The notes under the pieces: generated by a model
Databases searched by the model: none
Told to the model about the DNA's origin: nothing
What the model saw: only the letters and a program-made list of their open reading frames with translations
In this document: in pieces, positions 35,735 to 49,319 of the stretch
Layout: every line of letters begins with the position of its first letter
How positions within the stretch are numbered: the first letter of the stretch is position 1
Position numbers and translations under genes: made by a program
NCBI GenBank assembly: GCA_030390025.1
Contig: CM059432.1
Coordinates: 48,982,001-49,046,000 of the forward strand
DNA: 64,000 bases
Source of the DNA: Squalus acanthias
Taxonomy: Eukaryota
Direction: 5' to 3'

Positions 35735-38700
35735 CGAGGTGCCTTTGGGTGTGACATTTTTGAGGTGCAATGCTTTTGAAAGGTGATTCCATTGTGATGC
35801 TGGAGATGCACATTAGATGGAAGGTTTTTAATTCTATCAATAAGCTCTGTTAGCAAATGACAATAACACATTTGCTTGGAAATTACAGTTACCATAAAAG
35901 ATTACACCAGCTGTAATTGGGACAAGCAGCAGCAAAATCAGCTAAAGCATAGAATGTGAGGATAAGACTAATTCATAAAATTAGTACTGGTATAATTTAC
36001 AGTTGGAGGAGGAATGGACCATATTGTTCAGCATGCACATTGCACTAACGATATATATTCTGCCCATAGAATATGGGCTATGGGAACTGAATAATCATCT
36101 GTAGCTATGGAGAGTCTTGCAGAATCATCGATTATTCTGTAGACACAGCACAACGAGCATTGCATTCCGTGCTCCCCTGGCACTTCAGCTGGTTGGGGAA
36201 GACAAATCGGATCAGGATAATGCTATGGCTGGTAGGAATAAAAAAGAGTTCTACGCTCTCAGTGACCAGCTGCTGAGACCACCGGAACAGATTCATGCAG
36301 ATCAATGCCCGCCTCCCCTGCAGCTCCCGCAATGCATTTTTTTGTCACAATCATTATGTGCCACCCTTAATTGAAAGGGAGCATAGAGTACAATAGCTCC
36401 TGGGAGACCGAGGCTGCTCTCTTCAGTGCTGGCTATTGACAGCCTGAACCAACCATGGATAGAAGCAGAGCACAGATACAGATAAGACCATGCAATCACC
36501 AGCCTTATAGAAACATAGAAGATAGGAGCAGGAGTAGGCCATTCAGCCCCTCGAGCCTGCTCCGCCATTCAATGAGATCATGGCTGATCATCCAAATTCA
36601 GTACCCTGTCCCTGCTTTCTCCCCATATCCCTTGATCCCTTTAGCTTTAAGAAATATATCTAACTCCTTCTTGAATATATTTAATGAATTGGCCTCCACT
36701 GCCTTCTGTGGTAGAGAATTCCACAGGTTCACCACATTCTGGGTGAAGAAATTCCTCCTCATCGCAGTCCTAAATGGCTTACCCCTTATCCTTAGACTGT
36801 GACCCCCTGGTTCTGGACTCCACGGCCATCGGGAACATCCTTCCTGCATCTAGTCTGTCTAGTCCTGTTAGAATTTTATAAGTTTCAATGAGATCCCCTC
36901 TCATTCTTCTAAACTCCAGCGAGTATAAGCCCAATCGACCCAATCTCTCCTCATATGTCATTCCTGCCATCCCAGGTATCAGCCTGGTGAATCTTCACTG
37001 CACTCTCTCCATGGCAAGAACATCCTTCCTCAGATAAGGCGACCAAAACTGCACACAATGCTAAAGGTGTGGTCTCACCAAGGCCCTGTACAACTGCAGC
37101 AAGACATCCTTGTTCCTGTACTCGAACCCTTTCGCTACGAAGGCCAACATACCATTTGCCTTCTTAACCGCCTGCTGCACCTGCATGCTTACCTTCAGCG
37201 ACTGGTGCACAAGGACACCCAGGTCTCGTTGCACTTCCCCTTCTCCCAATCTATTGCCATTCAGATAATAGCCTGCCTTCCTGTTTTTGACACCAAAGTG
37301 GATAACCTCGCATTTATCCACGTTATATTGCATCTGCCATGCTTCTGCCCAATCACCCAACCTGTCCAAATCATACTGGAGTTTCTTGGCATCCCACCCA
37401 GCTTTGTGTCGTCTGCAAACTTGGAGATATTACATACAATTCCCTCGTCTAGATCATTAATATATATTGTGAATAGCTGGGGTCCTAGAACCGATCCCTG
37501 CGGTACCCCACTAGTCACTGCCTGCCACTCCAAAAAAGATTTGTTTATTCCAACTCTTTGCTTTCTGTCTGCCAACCAGTTCTCTATCCAAGTCAATCCC
37601 TTGCCCCCCAATCCCATGTGCCTTAACTTTTCACGCTAATCTCTTATGCGGGACCTTATCGAAAGCCGTCTGAAAGTCCAAATACACCACATCCACTGGT
37701 TCTCCCTTATCTATTTTCCCAGTTACATCCTCAAAAAATTCCAGTAGATTAGTCAAGCACGATTTACCTTTTGTAAATCCATGTTGACTTTGAACGATCC
37801 TGTCACTGTTTTCCAAGTGCTCTGCTATTACATCTTTGTAATGGACTCTAGCATTTTCCCCACTACCGATGTCAGGCTTACCGGTCTATAATTCCCTGTT
37901 TTCTCTCTACCACCTTTTTTGAATAGTGGGGTAACATTAGCTACCCTCCAATCCATGGGTACTGTTCCAGTGTCTATAGAATTTTGGAAGATGACCAGCA
38001 ATGCATCTACTATTTCTAGGGCCACTTCCTTAAGTACCCTAGGATGTAGATTATCAGGCCCTGGGGATTTATCGGCCTTCAATCCCGTCAATTTCCCTAA
38101 CACTATTTCCCTACAAATACTGATTTCTTTCAGTTCCTCCCTCTCATTAGACCCTATGTTCCCCGACATCTCTGGGAGGTTATTTGTGTCCTCCTTTGTG
38201 AAGACAGAACCAAAGTATGTATTTAATTGGTCAGCCATTTCTTTGTTCCCCATTATAAATTCCCCTGATTCTGACTGCAAGGGACCTACGCTTGACTTCA
38301 CCAATCTTTTTCTCTTCACATATGTATAAAAGCTTTTACAGTCAGTTTTTATGTTCCCTGAAAGCTTCCTCTCATACTCTATTTTCCCCCTCTTAATTAA
38401 TCCCTTCGTCCTTCTTTGCTGAATCCTAAACTGCTCCCAATCCTCAGGTTTTCTGCTTTTTCTGGCCAATTTATATGGCCTCTCCTTGGATCTTATGCTA
38501 TCCCTAATTCCCTTTGTTAGCCACGGTTGAGTCACCTTTTTTGTTTTATTTTTATGCCAAACAGTGATGAACAAATTCTGTAGTTCATTCATGCGATCTT
38601 TGAATGTTTGCCATTGCCTATCCACTGTCAACCCTTTCAGTGACATTCCCCAATCAATCCTACCCAACTCGCGCCTCATACCATCGTAGTTTCCTTTATT

Positions 38701-39357
38701 TAAATTCAGGACCCTAGTCTCTGAGTCAACTACTTCACTCTCCATCTTAATGAAGAATTCTATCATATTATGATCACTCCGACCCAAGGGGCCTCGCACA
38801 ACAAGATTGCTAATTAATCCTTTCTCATTACATAATACCCAGTCTTAGATGGCCTGATCTCTAATTGGTACCTCGACATATTGGTCCAGGAAACCATCCC
38901 GTATACACTCCAGGAATTCTCCTCCACAGTATTGTTACTAATTTGGTTAGCCCAATCTATATGTAGATTAAAGTCACCCATGATAACTGCTGTGCTCTTA
39001 TTGCACGGTTCTCTAATTTCCCTTTTAATGCCATCCCCAACCTCCGTATTACTGTTTGGGGGTCTATACACCACTCCCACTAACGTTTTCTGCCCCTTGG
39101 TATTTCTCAGTTCTGCCCACACAGATTCCACATCATCAGAGCTAATATCCTTCCTTACAATTGTGTTAATCCCCTCTTTAACCAGCAATGCTACCCCACC
39201 TCCTTTTCCTTTTTGCCTATCTTTCCTGAATATTGAATACCCCTGTATGTTGAGTTCCCAGCCTTGGTCACCCTGGAGCCATGTTTCCGTAATCCCAATC
39301 ATATCATATTCGTTTACCTCTATTTGCGCAGTTAATTCATCCACCTTATTACAAATG

Positions 39358-40232
39358 TGAGAAGTCACACAACACCAGGTTATAGTCCAACAGATTTATT
39401 TAAAATTACAAGCTTTCGGAGCTATCCTGCCCCTTCTTCAGGTAAAGTTATTGTGAGAGAATCTACCAGAATTCACAGAATATAAACACAGAGAAAATGC
39501 AGAGATTCAATCTTTCCCTACATCAAAGACACACTAAGAGCACAGCCAAGACAATGAGATGTGTCCCAGGGAGTCCAACGTGTCAAAACACCTGCTGGCT
39601 GCATATCCTCTCCATTTGGGTTTGTTTTTTGTGTTTGTTTCTTGTGTTTGTTTTTTTTTTAAAACTGGAAAGACAGGCAACGATGTCAAGTCACGTTCTG
39701 TAGCGTGACATGAACCCGATATCCCGATTGAGGCCGTCCTCATGAGTGCGGAACTTGGCTATCAGTTTCTGCTCCATGATTTTGCGTTGTCGTGTATCCC
39801 AAAGGCCGCCTTGGAGAACGCTAACCCGCAGATCCGAGGCTGAATGCCCTTGACTGCTGAAGTGTTCCCCGACTGGGAGGCAACCATCCTGCCTGGCGAT
39901 TGTTGCGCGGTGTCCGTTCATACGTTGTCTCAGTGTCTGCATGGTCTCGCCGATGTACCATGCTCTGGGGCATCCTTTACTGCAACGTATCAGTTAGACA
40001 ACGTTGGCCGAGTCACATGAGTATGTACCATGTACCTGGTGGGTAGTGTCCTCACGTGTGATGACGGTATCTGTGTTGATGATCTGGCATGTCTTGCAGA
40101 GGTTGCCGTGGCAGGGTTGTGTGGTGTCGTGGTCGCTGTTCTCCTGACAGCTGGGTAATTTGCTGCGAACGATGGTACTTTTGAGGTTAGGCGGCTGCTT
40201 GAAGGCGAGTAGTGGAGGCGTGGGAATGGCCA
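39358..40232 (-). mobile_element. Penelope-like element family 1, single-arm insertion D (no tail, no inversion)
   Basis: GIY-YIG region (ORFs 39691-39942, 39994-40254); 12-bp TSD TTATTACAAATG at 39346-39357 and 40233-40244. Confidence 0.95.
39406..39445 (-). ncRNA. Minimal hammerhead ribozyme motif (PLE family 1)
   Basis: Minus strand: UUAC-CUGAAGA-A-GGGGC-AGGAUA-GCUCC-GAAAGCUU-GUAA. Confidence 0.78.
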
Positions 40233-41193
40233 TTATTACAAATGCTCCTCGCATTAAGACACAAAGCCTTCAGGCTTGTTTTTTTAACGCTCTTAGACCT
40301 TTTAGAATTATTATTTACTGTGGCCACGTTTGATTTAAACCCTTGATTTCTCTGACTGCCACCTTTGTTTTTTTCCTTCCTGACTTTTGCTTCTATCCTT
40401 GTTTCCCTTTCCTCTGTCTCCCTGCACAGGTTCTCAACCCCCTGCCATTTTAGTTTAAACCCTCCCCCAGAGCACTAGCAATTATTGAGCATTACATTAC
40501 ATTTTAAAGTAGCGCGTCACGAAGCGTGGACAGATCAGTGGCATATTACAGTAGAGCCCTTCCAGGGTCTCCAAGCTCTTTCACTGTGTGCTGACTCCCT
40601 GCAAAGAGGCTTGATCTACATTGCCCAGTTTATTTGGTTGACCTGAACACTTGAGACAATGAGAAAATCGTGGATTTGCACAAATACTTAGTAGCATACT
40701 ATTTAAGTTGATTACAATATGATAATTAAGCTGACCTAAGGCTAAGACCTAGCGTATCCGCGTTCTGGCATAGTTTCTGGCCCTTCCAGCAAAATCTCAT
40801 TGAACTTATAGTGGGAGTACACCAGAAGGACCACAGTTTTCAAGCCAAAGGGTTTAAAGGCCAAACTATTGGCCTTGAAAGGAGGAACCAAGCTATTTTT
40901 GAACAAACGCTGTCTGTGTGACTTAATCAGCTAAATATATAATAACCAATTATCTTTGAATTCAACTGTCGGGTAAGTTATCAGAAAATAATCGAACTGA
41001 TTAGAATCTTCACAGGAAAAGTTAAGGTAGACTAGCTAGCTTCCATAGTCAGAAAGATTACAAGAAAGAAAAGTATTATGCGTATCTAAAAGTTATCTAT
41101 AAAGGCATAGCTTACAACAACAGCAACTTGCATTTATATAGCGCCCTTAACATAGTAAAACATCCCAAGGCACTTCACAGGAACGTTATCAAA

Positions 41194-44100
41194 CCTACTT
41201 GACCTCGTGCTCACCAATCTACCTGTCGCAGATGCATCTGTCCATGACAGCATTGGCAGCAGTGACCACCGCACAGTCATTGTGGAGACGAAGTCGAAGT
41301 CCCATCTTCACACTGAGGACACCCTCCATCGTGTTGTGTTGAACTACCACCGTGCTAAATGGGATAGATTCAGAACAGATCTAGCAGCTCAAAACTGGGC
41401 ATCCATGAGACGCTGTGGGCCATCAGCAGCAGCAGAATTGTATTCCACCACAATCTGTAACCTCATGGCCCGGCATATCCCTCACTCTACCATTATCACC
41501 AAGCCAGGAGACCAACCCTGGTTCAATAAGGAGTGTAGAAGAGCATGTTGGGAGCAGCACCAGGCATACCTAAAAATGAGGTGCCAACCTGGAGAAGCTG
41601 CAACACAGGACTACATGCATGCTAAAAAGTGGAAGCAGCATGCTATAGACAGGGCTAAGCGATCCCACAATCAACGGATCAGATCAAAGCTCTGCAGTCC
41701 TGCCACATCCAATCGTGAATGGTGGTGGACCATTAAACAGCTAATGGGAGGAGGAGGCTCCATGAATATTCCCATCCTCAATGATGGTGGAGCCCAGCAC
41801 GTGAGTGCAAAAGACAAGGCTGAAGCGTTTGCACGTGATATCAAGAAACGGCTGGGCCCACTGGATACAGCAAAGGCTATGGGCCCCGACAACATCCCGG
41901 CTATCGTGCTGAAGACTTGTGCTCCAGAACTAGCCGCGCCTCTAGCCAAGCTGTTCCAGTACAGCTACAACACTGGCATCTATCCGACAATGTGGAAAAC
42001 TGCGCAGGTGTGTCCTGTCCACAAAAAGCAGGACAAATCCACTCCGGCCAATTACCGCCCCATCAGTCTACTTTCAATCATCAGCAAAGTGATGGAAGGT
42101 GTCATCGACAGTGCTTTCAAACGGCACTTACTCACCAATAACCTGCTCACTGATGCCCAGTTTGGGTTCCGCCAAGACCACTCGGCTCCAGACTTCATTA
42201 CAACCTTGGTCCAAACATGGACAAAGGAACTGAATTCCAGAGGTGAGGTGAGAGTGACTGCCCTTGACATCAAGGCAGCATTTGACCGAGTGTGGCATGA
42301 AGGAGCCCTAGTAAAACTGAAGTCAATGGGAATCAGGGGGAAAACGCTCCACTCGCTGGAGTCATACCTAGCACAAAGGAAGATGGTTGTGGTGATTGAA
42401 GGTCAATCATCACAGCCCCAGGACATCGCTGCAGGAGTTCCTCAGGGGAGTGTCCTAGGCCCAACCATCTTAGAAACATAGAAACATAGAAGATAGGAGC
42501 AGGAGTAGGCCATTCGGCCCCTCGAGCCTGCTCCACCATTCGATGAGATCATGGCTGATCATCCAAACTCAGTACCTTGTACCTGCCTTCTCCCCATATC
42601 CCTCGATACCTTTAGCCTTAAGAAATATATCTAACTCATTCTTGAATATATTTAATGACTTGGCCTCAACTACCTTCTGTGGTAGAGAATTCCACAGGTT
42701 CACCACTCTCTGGGTGAAGAAATTCTTCCTCATTTCTGTCCTAAATGGCTTACCCCTTATCCTTAGACTGTGACCCCTGGTTCTGGACTCTCCGACCATC
42801 GGGAACATTCTTCCTGCATCTAGTTTGTCCAGACCTGTCAGAATTTTATATGTTTCGATGAGATCCCCTCTCATTCTTCTATACTCCAGCGAGTATAAGC
42901 CCAATCGACCCAATCTCTCCTCATATGTCATTCCTGCCATCCCAGGTATCAGCCTTGTGAATCTTCGCTGAACTCCTTCCATGGCAAGAACATCCTTCCT
43001 CAGATAAGGCGACCAAAACTGCACACAGTACTCAAGGTGTGGTCTCACCAAGGCCCTGTACAACTGCAGCAGGACATCCCTGTTCCTATACTCAAACCCT
43101 TTCGCTATGAAGGCCAACATACCATTTGCCTTCTTCACCGCCTGCTGCACCTGCATGCTTACTTTCAGCGACTGGTGCACAAGGACACCCAGGTCTCGTT
43201 GCACTTCCCCTTCTCCCAATCTATTGCCATTCAGATAATAATCTGCCTTCCTGTTTTTGACACCAAAGTGGATAACCTCGCACTTATCCACATTATATTG
43301 CATCTGCCACGCTTCTGCCCACTCACCCAACCTGTCCAAATCATCCTGGAGTTTCTCGGTATCCTCCTCGCAGCCCACACTCCCACCCAGCTTTGTGTCA
43401 TCTGCAAACTTGGAGATATTACATTTAGTTCCCTTATCTAGATCATTAATGTATATTGTGAATAGCTGGGGTCCAAGGACCAATCCCTGCGGTACCCCAC
43501 TAGTCACTGCTTGCCACTCGGAAAAAGACCCATTAATTCCTACTCTCTGCTTTCTGTCCGCCAACTAGTTCTCTATCCAAGTCAATACCTTGCCCCCAAT
43601 CCCATGTGCCTTAACTTTACACGCTAATCTCTTATGCGGGACCTTATCGAAAGCCTTTTGAAAGTCCAAATACACCACATCTACTGGTTCTCCCTTATCT
43701 ATTTTCCCAGTTACATCCTCAAAAAATTCCAGTAGATTAGTCAAGCACGATTTACCTTTTGTAAATCCATGTTGACTTTGTCCGATCCTGTCACTGTTTT
43801 TCAAGTGCTCAGCTATTATATCCTTTATAATGGACTCTAGCATTTTTCCCTAATACCGATGTCAGGCTTACCGGTCTGTAATTCCCCGCTTTCTCTCTAC
43901 CACCCTTTTTGAATAGTGGGGTAACATTAGCTACCCTCCAATCCATGGGTACAGTTCCAGATTCCATCGAATGTTGGAAGATGATCAGCAATGCATCTAC
44001 TATTTCTAGGCCCACTTCCTTAAGTACCCTAGGATGTAGATTATCAGGCCCTGGGGATTTATCGGCCTTCAATCCTGTCAATTTCCCTAACACCATTTCC

Positions 44101-46048
44101 CTGCAAATACTGATTTCTTTCAGTTCCTCCCTTTCAATCGACCGTATGTTCTCCAACATCTCTGGGAGGTTATTTGTGTCCTCCTTTGTGAAGACAGAAC
44201 CAAAATATGCATTTAATTGGGCTGCAATTTCTTTGTTCCCCATTATAACTTCCCCCGCTTCTGACTGCAAGGGACCTACACTTGATTTCACTAATCTTTT
44301 TCTCTTCGCATATCTATAAAAGCTCTTACAGTCAGTTTTTATGTTCCCAGCAAGCTTACTTTCATATTCTATTTTCCCCTTCTTAATTAATCCATTTGTC
44401 CTCCTTTGTTGAATCCTAAACTGCTCCCAATCCTCAGGGCGACCGCTTTTTCTGGCCAATTTATATGCCCTCTCCTTGGATCTTATGCTATCCCTAATTT
44501 CCCTTGTTAGCCACGGTTGAGTCACCCTTTTTGTTTTATTCTTATGCCACACTGGGATGAACAAATTCTGTAGTTCATCCATGCAGTCTTTGAATGTTTG
44601 CCATTGCCTATCCACCGTCAACCCTTTGAGTGACATTCCCCAATCAATCCTACCCAATTCGCGCCTCATACCATCGTAGTTTCCTTTATTTAAATTCAGG
44701 ACCCTAGTCTCTGATTCAACTACTTCACTCTCCATCCTAATGAAGAATTCTATCATATTATGATCACTCTGACCCAAGGGGCCTCGTACAACAAGTTTGC
44801 TAATTAATCCTTTCTCGTTACATAATACCCAGTCTAAGATGGCCTGATCTCTGGTTGGTTCCTCGACATATTGTTCCAGAAAACCATCTCATAAACATTC
44901 TAGGAATTCCACCTCCACAGTATTTTTACTAATTTGGTTAGCCCAATCTATATGTAAATTAAAGTCACCCATGATGACTGCTGTGCCCTTACTGCATGCT
45001 TCTCTAATTTCCCTTTTAATTCCGTCCCCAACCTCCGTATTACTGTTTGGAGGTCTATATACCACTCGCACTAACGTTTTGTGCCCCATGTTATTTCTCA
45101 GTTCTACCCGTACAGATGCTTCATCAATGACCTTTCCTCCAACATAAGGTCAGGAATGGGGATGCTCGCTGATGACTGCAGTGTTCAGTGCCATTCACAA
45201 CTCCTTAGATAATGAAGCAGTCCATGCCCGCATGCAACAAGACCTGGACGACGTTCAGGTTTGGGCTGCTAAGTGGCAGGTAACATTCACGCCACACCAG
45301 TGCCAGGCAATGACTATCTCCAACAATCGAGAGTCTAACCACCGCCCCTTGACATTCAACAGCATTACCATCGCTGAATCCCCCACCATCAACATCCTGG
45401 GGGGTCACCATTGACCAGAAACTTAACTGGACCAGCCACATAAATACTGTGGCAACAAGAGCAGGTCAGAGGCTAAGTATTCTGTGGCGAGTGTCTCACC
45501 TCCTGACTCACCAAAGCCTTTCCACCATCTACAAGGCACAAGTCAGGAGTGTGATGGAATACTCTCCACTTGCTGGGATGAGTGCAGCTCCAACAACACT
45601 CAAGAAGTTCGACACCATCCAGGACACAGCAACCTATCCACCACCTTAAACATTCGCTCCCTCCACCACCGGCGTACCGTGGCTGCAGTGTGTACCATCT
45701 ACAAGATGCACTGCAGCAACTCGCCAAGGCTTCTTAGGCAGCACCTCCCAAACCCGCGACCTCTTCCACTTAGAAGAACAAGGGCAGCAGGCGCATGGGA
45801 ACACCACCACCTCCAAGTTCCCCTCCAAGTCACACACCATCCTGACTTAGAAGTATATCGCCGATCCTTCATTGTCGCTGGTTTAAAATCCTGGAACTCC
45901 CTACCTAACAGCACTGTGGGAGTACCTTCAACATGCGGACTGCAGCGGTTCAAGAAGGTGGCTCACCACCACCTTCTCAAGGGCAACTAGGGATGGGCAA
46001 TAAAAGCTGGCCTTGCCAGCGACGCCCACATCCCATAAGCGAATTTTA
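41194..46048 (+). mobile_element. LINE family A (41194-42471 plus 45117-46048) interrupted by CR1
   Basis: ORF 41207-42481 ends at GSVLGPTI; sequence resumes GCTTCATCAATGACC at 45117 and runs to the family 3' end. Confidence 0.93.
42472..45116 (-). mobile_element. CR1 LINE, 5'-truncated, close relative of 36508-40480
   Basis: ORFs 42569-43564, 43565-43843, 43809-44777, 44889-45089; 3' (TAGAAACA)n. Confidence 0.95.
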
Positions 46049-46985
46049 AACAAAAATTGGCACCGAGCGACATAAGGAGATATTAAGATAGGTAACCAAA
46101 AGCTTGGCGAAAGTGGTAGATTTGCATTACCACTAGATTGCATTCCTTTTATTGTATTGTTCCACAAGTTTATTTACTTTCTTCCATAAATATATAATTA
46201 TTTTATCAGTGTTAAATTATTTGGTTGTTGATTTCTTGTTTAATAAATTTGCTTAATATTTTGAACGTAAAATAATATCTAATGTGATGCTCGATTGCTT
46301 TTGAAGATTGATACATTCAAATAGCTTAAAAATAATTACCAGACTGTTGTTTATTATCCTGGGCATGTTACTAACATCTTTGCTGGATCTTGAGGTTCAG
46401 ATCGGCACTTTTGAAGGTATGGGAAGCTGGAACTTGCGAGTGATCTAAGCTATGAGAGCCGACACAATCTAGAGTCATAATAATAAAAAGACCCCAAAAT
46501 AACATACCTCATGGGTATAGTTCTTGTGCAGTGTCAAACCAGGCTTACAAAGTGCTCAGGGGATTTAGTGGATCTCTGAGACTATTTATAGATGTACTGT
46601 AAATTCCTCTATAAACATCATGTACATGAATAAATATCATTGATAAAAATTTAAATACCATCCATTTTGGCTGAGCAGCAGGAATTTTTTGCAAGTAAAT
46701 CGGCATTTTCTCCACTTTTATTGAGCCATTATGCACAAGTATTTGAGTGTCTGAGTGAATTTACCATCATTTCTACAGCTTAAATGGGAATTTGGCTGCT
46801 TGAGGAAGTGTGAAAGGAACATTATTACAGGAGAGTCATGACTGGCCAGTTCTCTCTGCTTCTCCTAATTAATTCATGTTTCACAAAATAGATCACATAA
46901 AAATCTTGATCAACCACCAATAAAATTCAATGAAAAAAATGCCTCTTTTGTCTTTTCTACTCATCTTTATTTGCCTCAAGACTTT

Positions 46986-47171
46986 GGTCTAGAAATTCGT
47001 CTCAGGCGGTGGCGCAAAACGGGCGGTATCGGATCGGCCGCCCGCTGTACGCAGTGCCCAATATTCAGATCCACTGACTGCAATAGAACTGACTATCAGG
47101 GGCTGCATACAGCGGGCGGCCGATCCGATTCCTCCCGTTTTGCACCACCGCCCGAGACGAATGTCAAGGCC
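46986..47171. mobile_element. 186-bp palindromic Harbinger-type MITE
   Basis: GGTCTAGAAATTCGTCTC...GAGACGAATGTCAAGGCC with ~70-bp inverted arms; TSD TTT. Confidence 0.88.
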
Positions 47172-48181
47172 TTTGACTGGTTATAACATAATTGTGGAAA
47201 AGACCTGCAAGAGTTAGTCTCATAGGAAGCTGTATTAACAGCAGTAGAGAAGCAGCCATTATCCTAGGAGACTTCTTCAGTAAATTTAGGCCAGGAAAGT
47301 CCCCAGAGCTGCTGCCACTCTGCCACCATAACTTAACCAGAAGTGTGACAGAAACCCCATTTACGCCTGTAATCAGTGTTTCCGTCGCACTTGTGGTGCA
47401 GTAATAGCAGCGGAGTGTGAGCAGCTTTGAGGAAATGCCTGACCTTGTTGTTTCAACTGTTTTCTACTTTGTCCCCCCGACACTGTCAAGTAACACATAT
47501 CCCTGCCCATTCTTCCAATGGTGCCAGGCACTCACATCAACTGAGTATGAGTGGTATCGGGGCTCATTTTGTTATACACACTTCAACCATACTATTTCAT
47601 CAAAATAAATCATAATCTCCTGATTTACTGACCCAAGTACCTGATTCAATAAAAATTCATACAAAAAGACAACTGGTTGCTGCTGAGTTACTAAATCAAG
47701 GCCTAGATTTTCCGCTCAGCCATTGTGCTGGTGGAAGTGCGACTGGGCGGGAGTTCTGCTGACTGTAAAGACGAACCCCTTGTCCTGGCTAATTTTCTGG
47801 GGTCAGGCTCATCAACAGGGTTGCAGAGATGGTTGTGGCTGGATTTGTAGTAGGCTGAATGCAAGAAACAAAACTGTATTTTTTTTTAAAGTGCTTTGGC
47901 CTGTAGTATCAATCACATTATAATTGACTGCATAGGCTTTCCGGCTAGTTACATTTTAAATCCCCTTCCGCTGCCCTACACACGGAACACACATGCATTG
48001 CTTGCGTTCAGTTTCGCTCGGACCCAAATGATGAGTATTTACATTGTGTGATGTACTTCTGTGATTTGGATGCCATGTGAATACACCTGCCCATAATTCG
48101 GAGATGCCGGTGTTGGACTGGGGTGGACAAAAATGAGAAGTCGCACAACACCAGGTTATAGTCCAACAGTTTTATTTGAAA

Positions 48182-48223
48182 TCACAAGCTTTCGGAGCTA
48201 TCGATCGCCCCTTCCTCAGTTGA
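48182..48223 (-). ncRNA. Minimal hammerhead motif with one stem I mismatch
   Basis: Minus strand: UCAA-CUGAGGA-A-GGGGC-GAUCGAUA-GCUCC-GAAAGCUU-GUGA. Confidence 0.65.
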
Positions 48224-48367
48224 AGTAAAGAGATACAGAATCGCCAAAGCATATATAGATAGAGAACAATGCATGTGTTACTTACAAAAGTAGTCGTCTG
48301 CTTTTGTAAGTAACACATGCATTGTTCTCTATCTATATATGCTTTGGCGATTCTGTATCTCTTTACT

Positions 48368-48409
48368 TCACCTGAGGAAGGGGCGATCGATAGCTCCGAA
48401 AGCTTGTGA
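48368..48409 (+). ncRNA. Minimal hammerhead ribozyme motif (PLE family 1)
   Basis: UCAC-CUGAGGA-A-GGGGC-GAUCGAUA-GCUCC-GAAAGCUU-GUGA. Confidence 0.78.
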
Positions 48410-49319
48410 TTTCAAATAAAACTGTTGGACTATAACCTGGTGTTGTGCGACTTCTCATTTCTGCCCATAATTGGCAGACCTATCCTATACTCCTGTCACT
48501 TCCGACAGAAAATCCAGGAAGTGTCAGGGGCAACTAAGGAGCTGGCAGAGTGATACCTGAAGAATTTTTCTGGCATTCCACTGGATTTAAACCTGCTCCA
48601 CGGTGTAACTCCTGAATTAAATCTAGGGTTATCATCCTGAAAATACTCTTGTGTTCAGTAACAAATTCAGTTTGTAGGTGTGTCGTGTGCATTCTGGGGG
48701 AGTTAATTAATGAATGGGAAATACAAAAGTCAAAAATTCACTGCTAACCAGTCAACTTTCCACGGGTGAACTTTGGACCTTTATTTATAGCACTCAGAAA
48801 TTCCAGACTTGCTATTACAGTGTTATGAAAATTTGTTAAACCCTTAACAAAATGAAATCAATGCATCTCTTCAAATACCTTGGTTTTATTTCTGGTTTCC
48901 TCTGCAATGTCTTTCTATTTTTTTCCTCATAGAGCAGCAGCATCATTGCAGACAGGGGTCTACTTTAATCTTCATTTTGCTTTGTCAGCAACGTAACAAA
49001 TTTGCATTTAATCCCCTTGGACATATCATTTCAGAAATATTCAATTCACACCAGAAAGTGCTACTGTCCCATCTCCTTTCCCAGCCAGTACTAGAATTTT
49101 GTCCCAGAGGTTTAATTCATTTGTGTATTTGTTCATGCTTAACAATGATCTCATTTGTAAACAAGTTATAGAAAACTATATTTCAACAAAAGCAATAAAA
49201 CGTTTAACAGCAATGTAAAAATAAGTGCAAATGTGAAAATTTTATACAGAATGTGCCAAACTGCACAGTGCTTTTGTCTTTCTCCGACGCGATTATATGC
49301 TGTAAGTGATTTTTTTAAG

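Larger units (their letters stand above)
36508..40480 (-). mobile_element. CR1 (HER1-like) LINE, near-complete ORF2 with frameshifts, carrying a PLE insertion
   Basis: Endonuclease (GITETW, GGGVALLV, VYRPP, MGDFN, SDH) in 37828-39368; RT in 36598-37816; 3' end TAGAAACATAGAA. Confidence 0.95.
41113..46120 (-). mobile_element. L2 3' end (41113-41193 plus 46049-46120) split by nested LINEs
   Basis: CAACTTGCATTTATATAGCGCC...GTTATCAAAC on the left continues as AAAAATTGGCACCGAGC...GGTAACCAAAAGCTTGG on the right. Confidence 0.7.
48099..48460. mobile_element. PLE family 1 fold-back insertion B: non-coding 362-bp hairpin
   Basis: Tail 48099-48130; arms 48131-48293 and 48298-48460; loop TCGT; 12-bp TSD CTGCCCATAATT at 48087-48098 and 48461-48472. 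Confidence 0.96.

Noticed and set aside
36143..36230. CIPCSPGT cysteine-rich motif
   Set aside because: Frame closes quickly; probably chance.
32307..44319. Long antisense ORFs over CR1 copies (e.g. 32307-32828, 37058-37639, 43909-44319)
   Set aside because: Shadow frames of LINE ORF2 with no independent evidence of function.
40500..46470. Second LTR split by nested LINEs (40500-41112 plus 46120-46466)
   Set aside because: TATA- and AATAAA-like words and a ...ACA end exist, but there is no matching TG start or TSD.
48933..49110. Strong plus-strand acceptor TTTTTTCCTCATAG
   Set aside because: No good donor and no recognisable peptide in the open frames.
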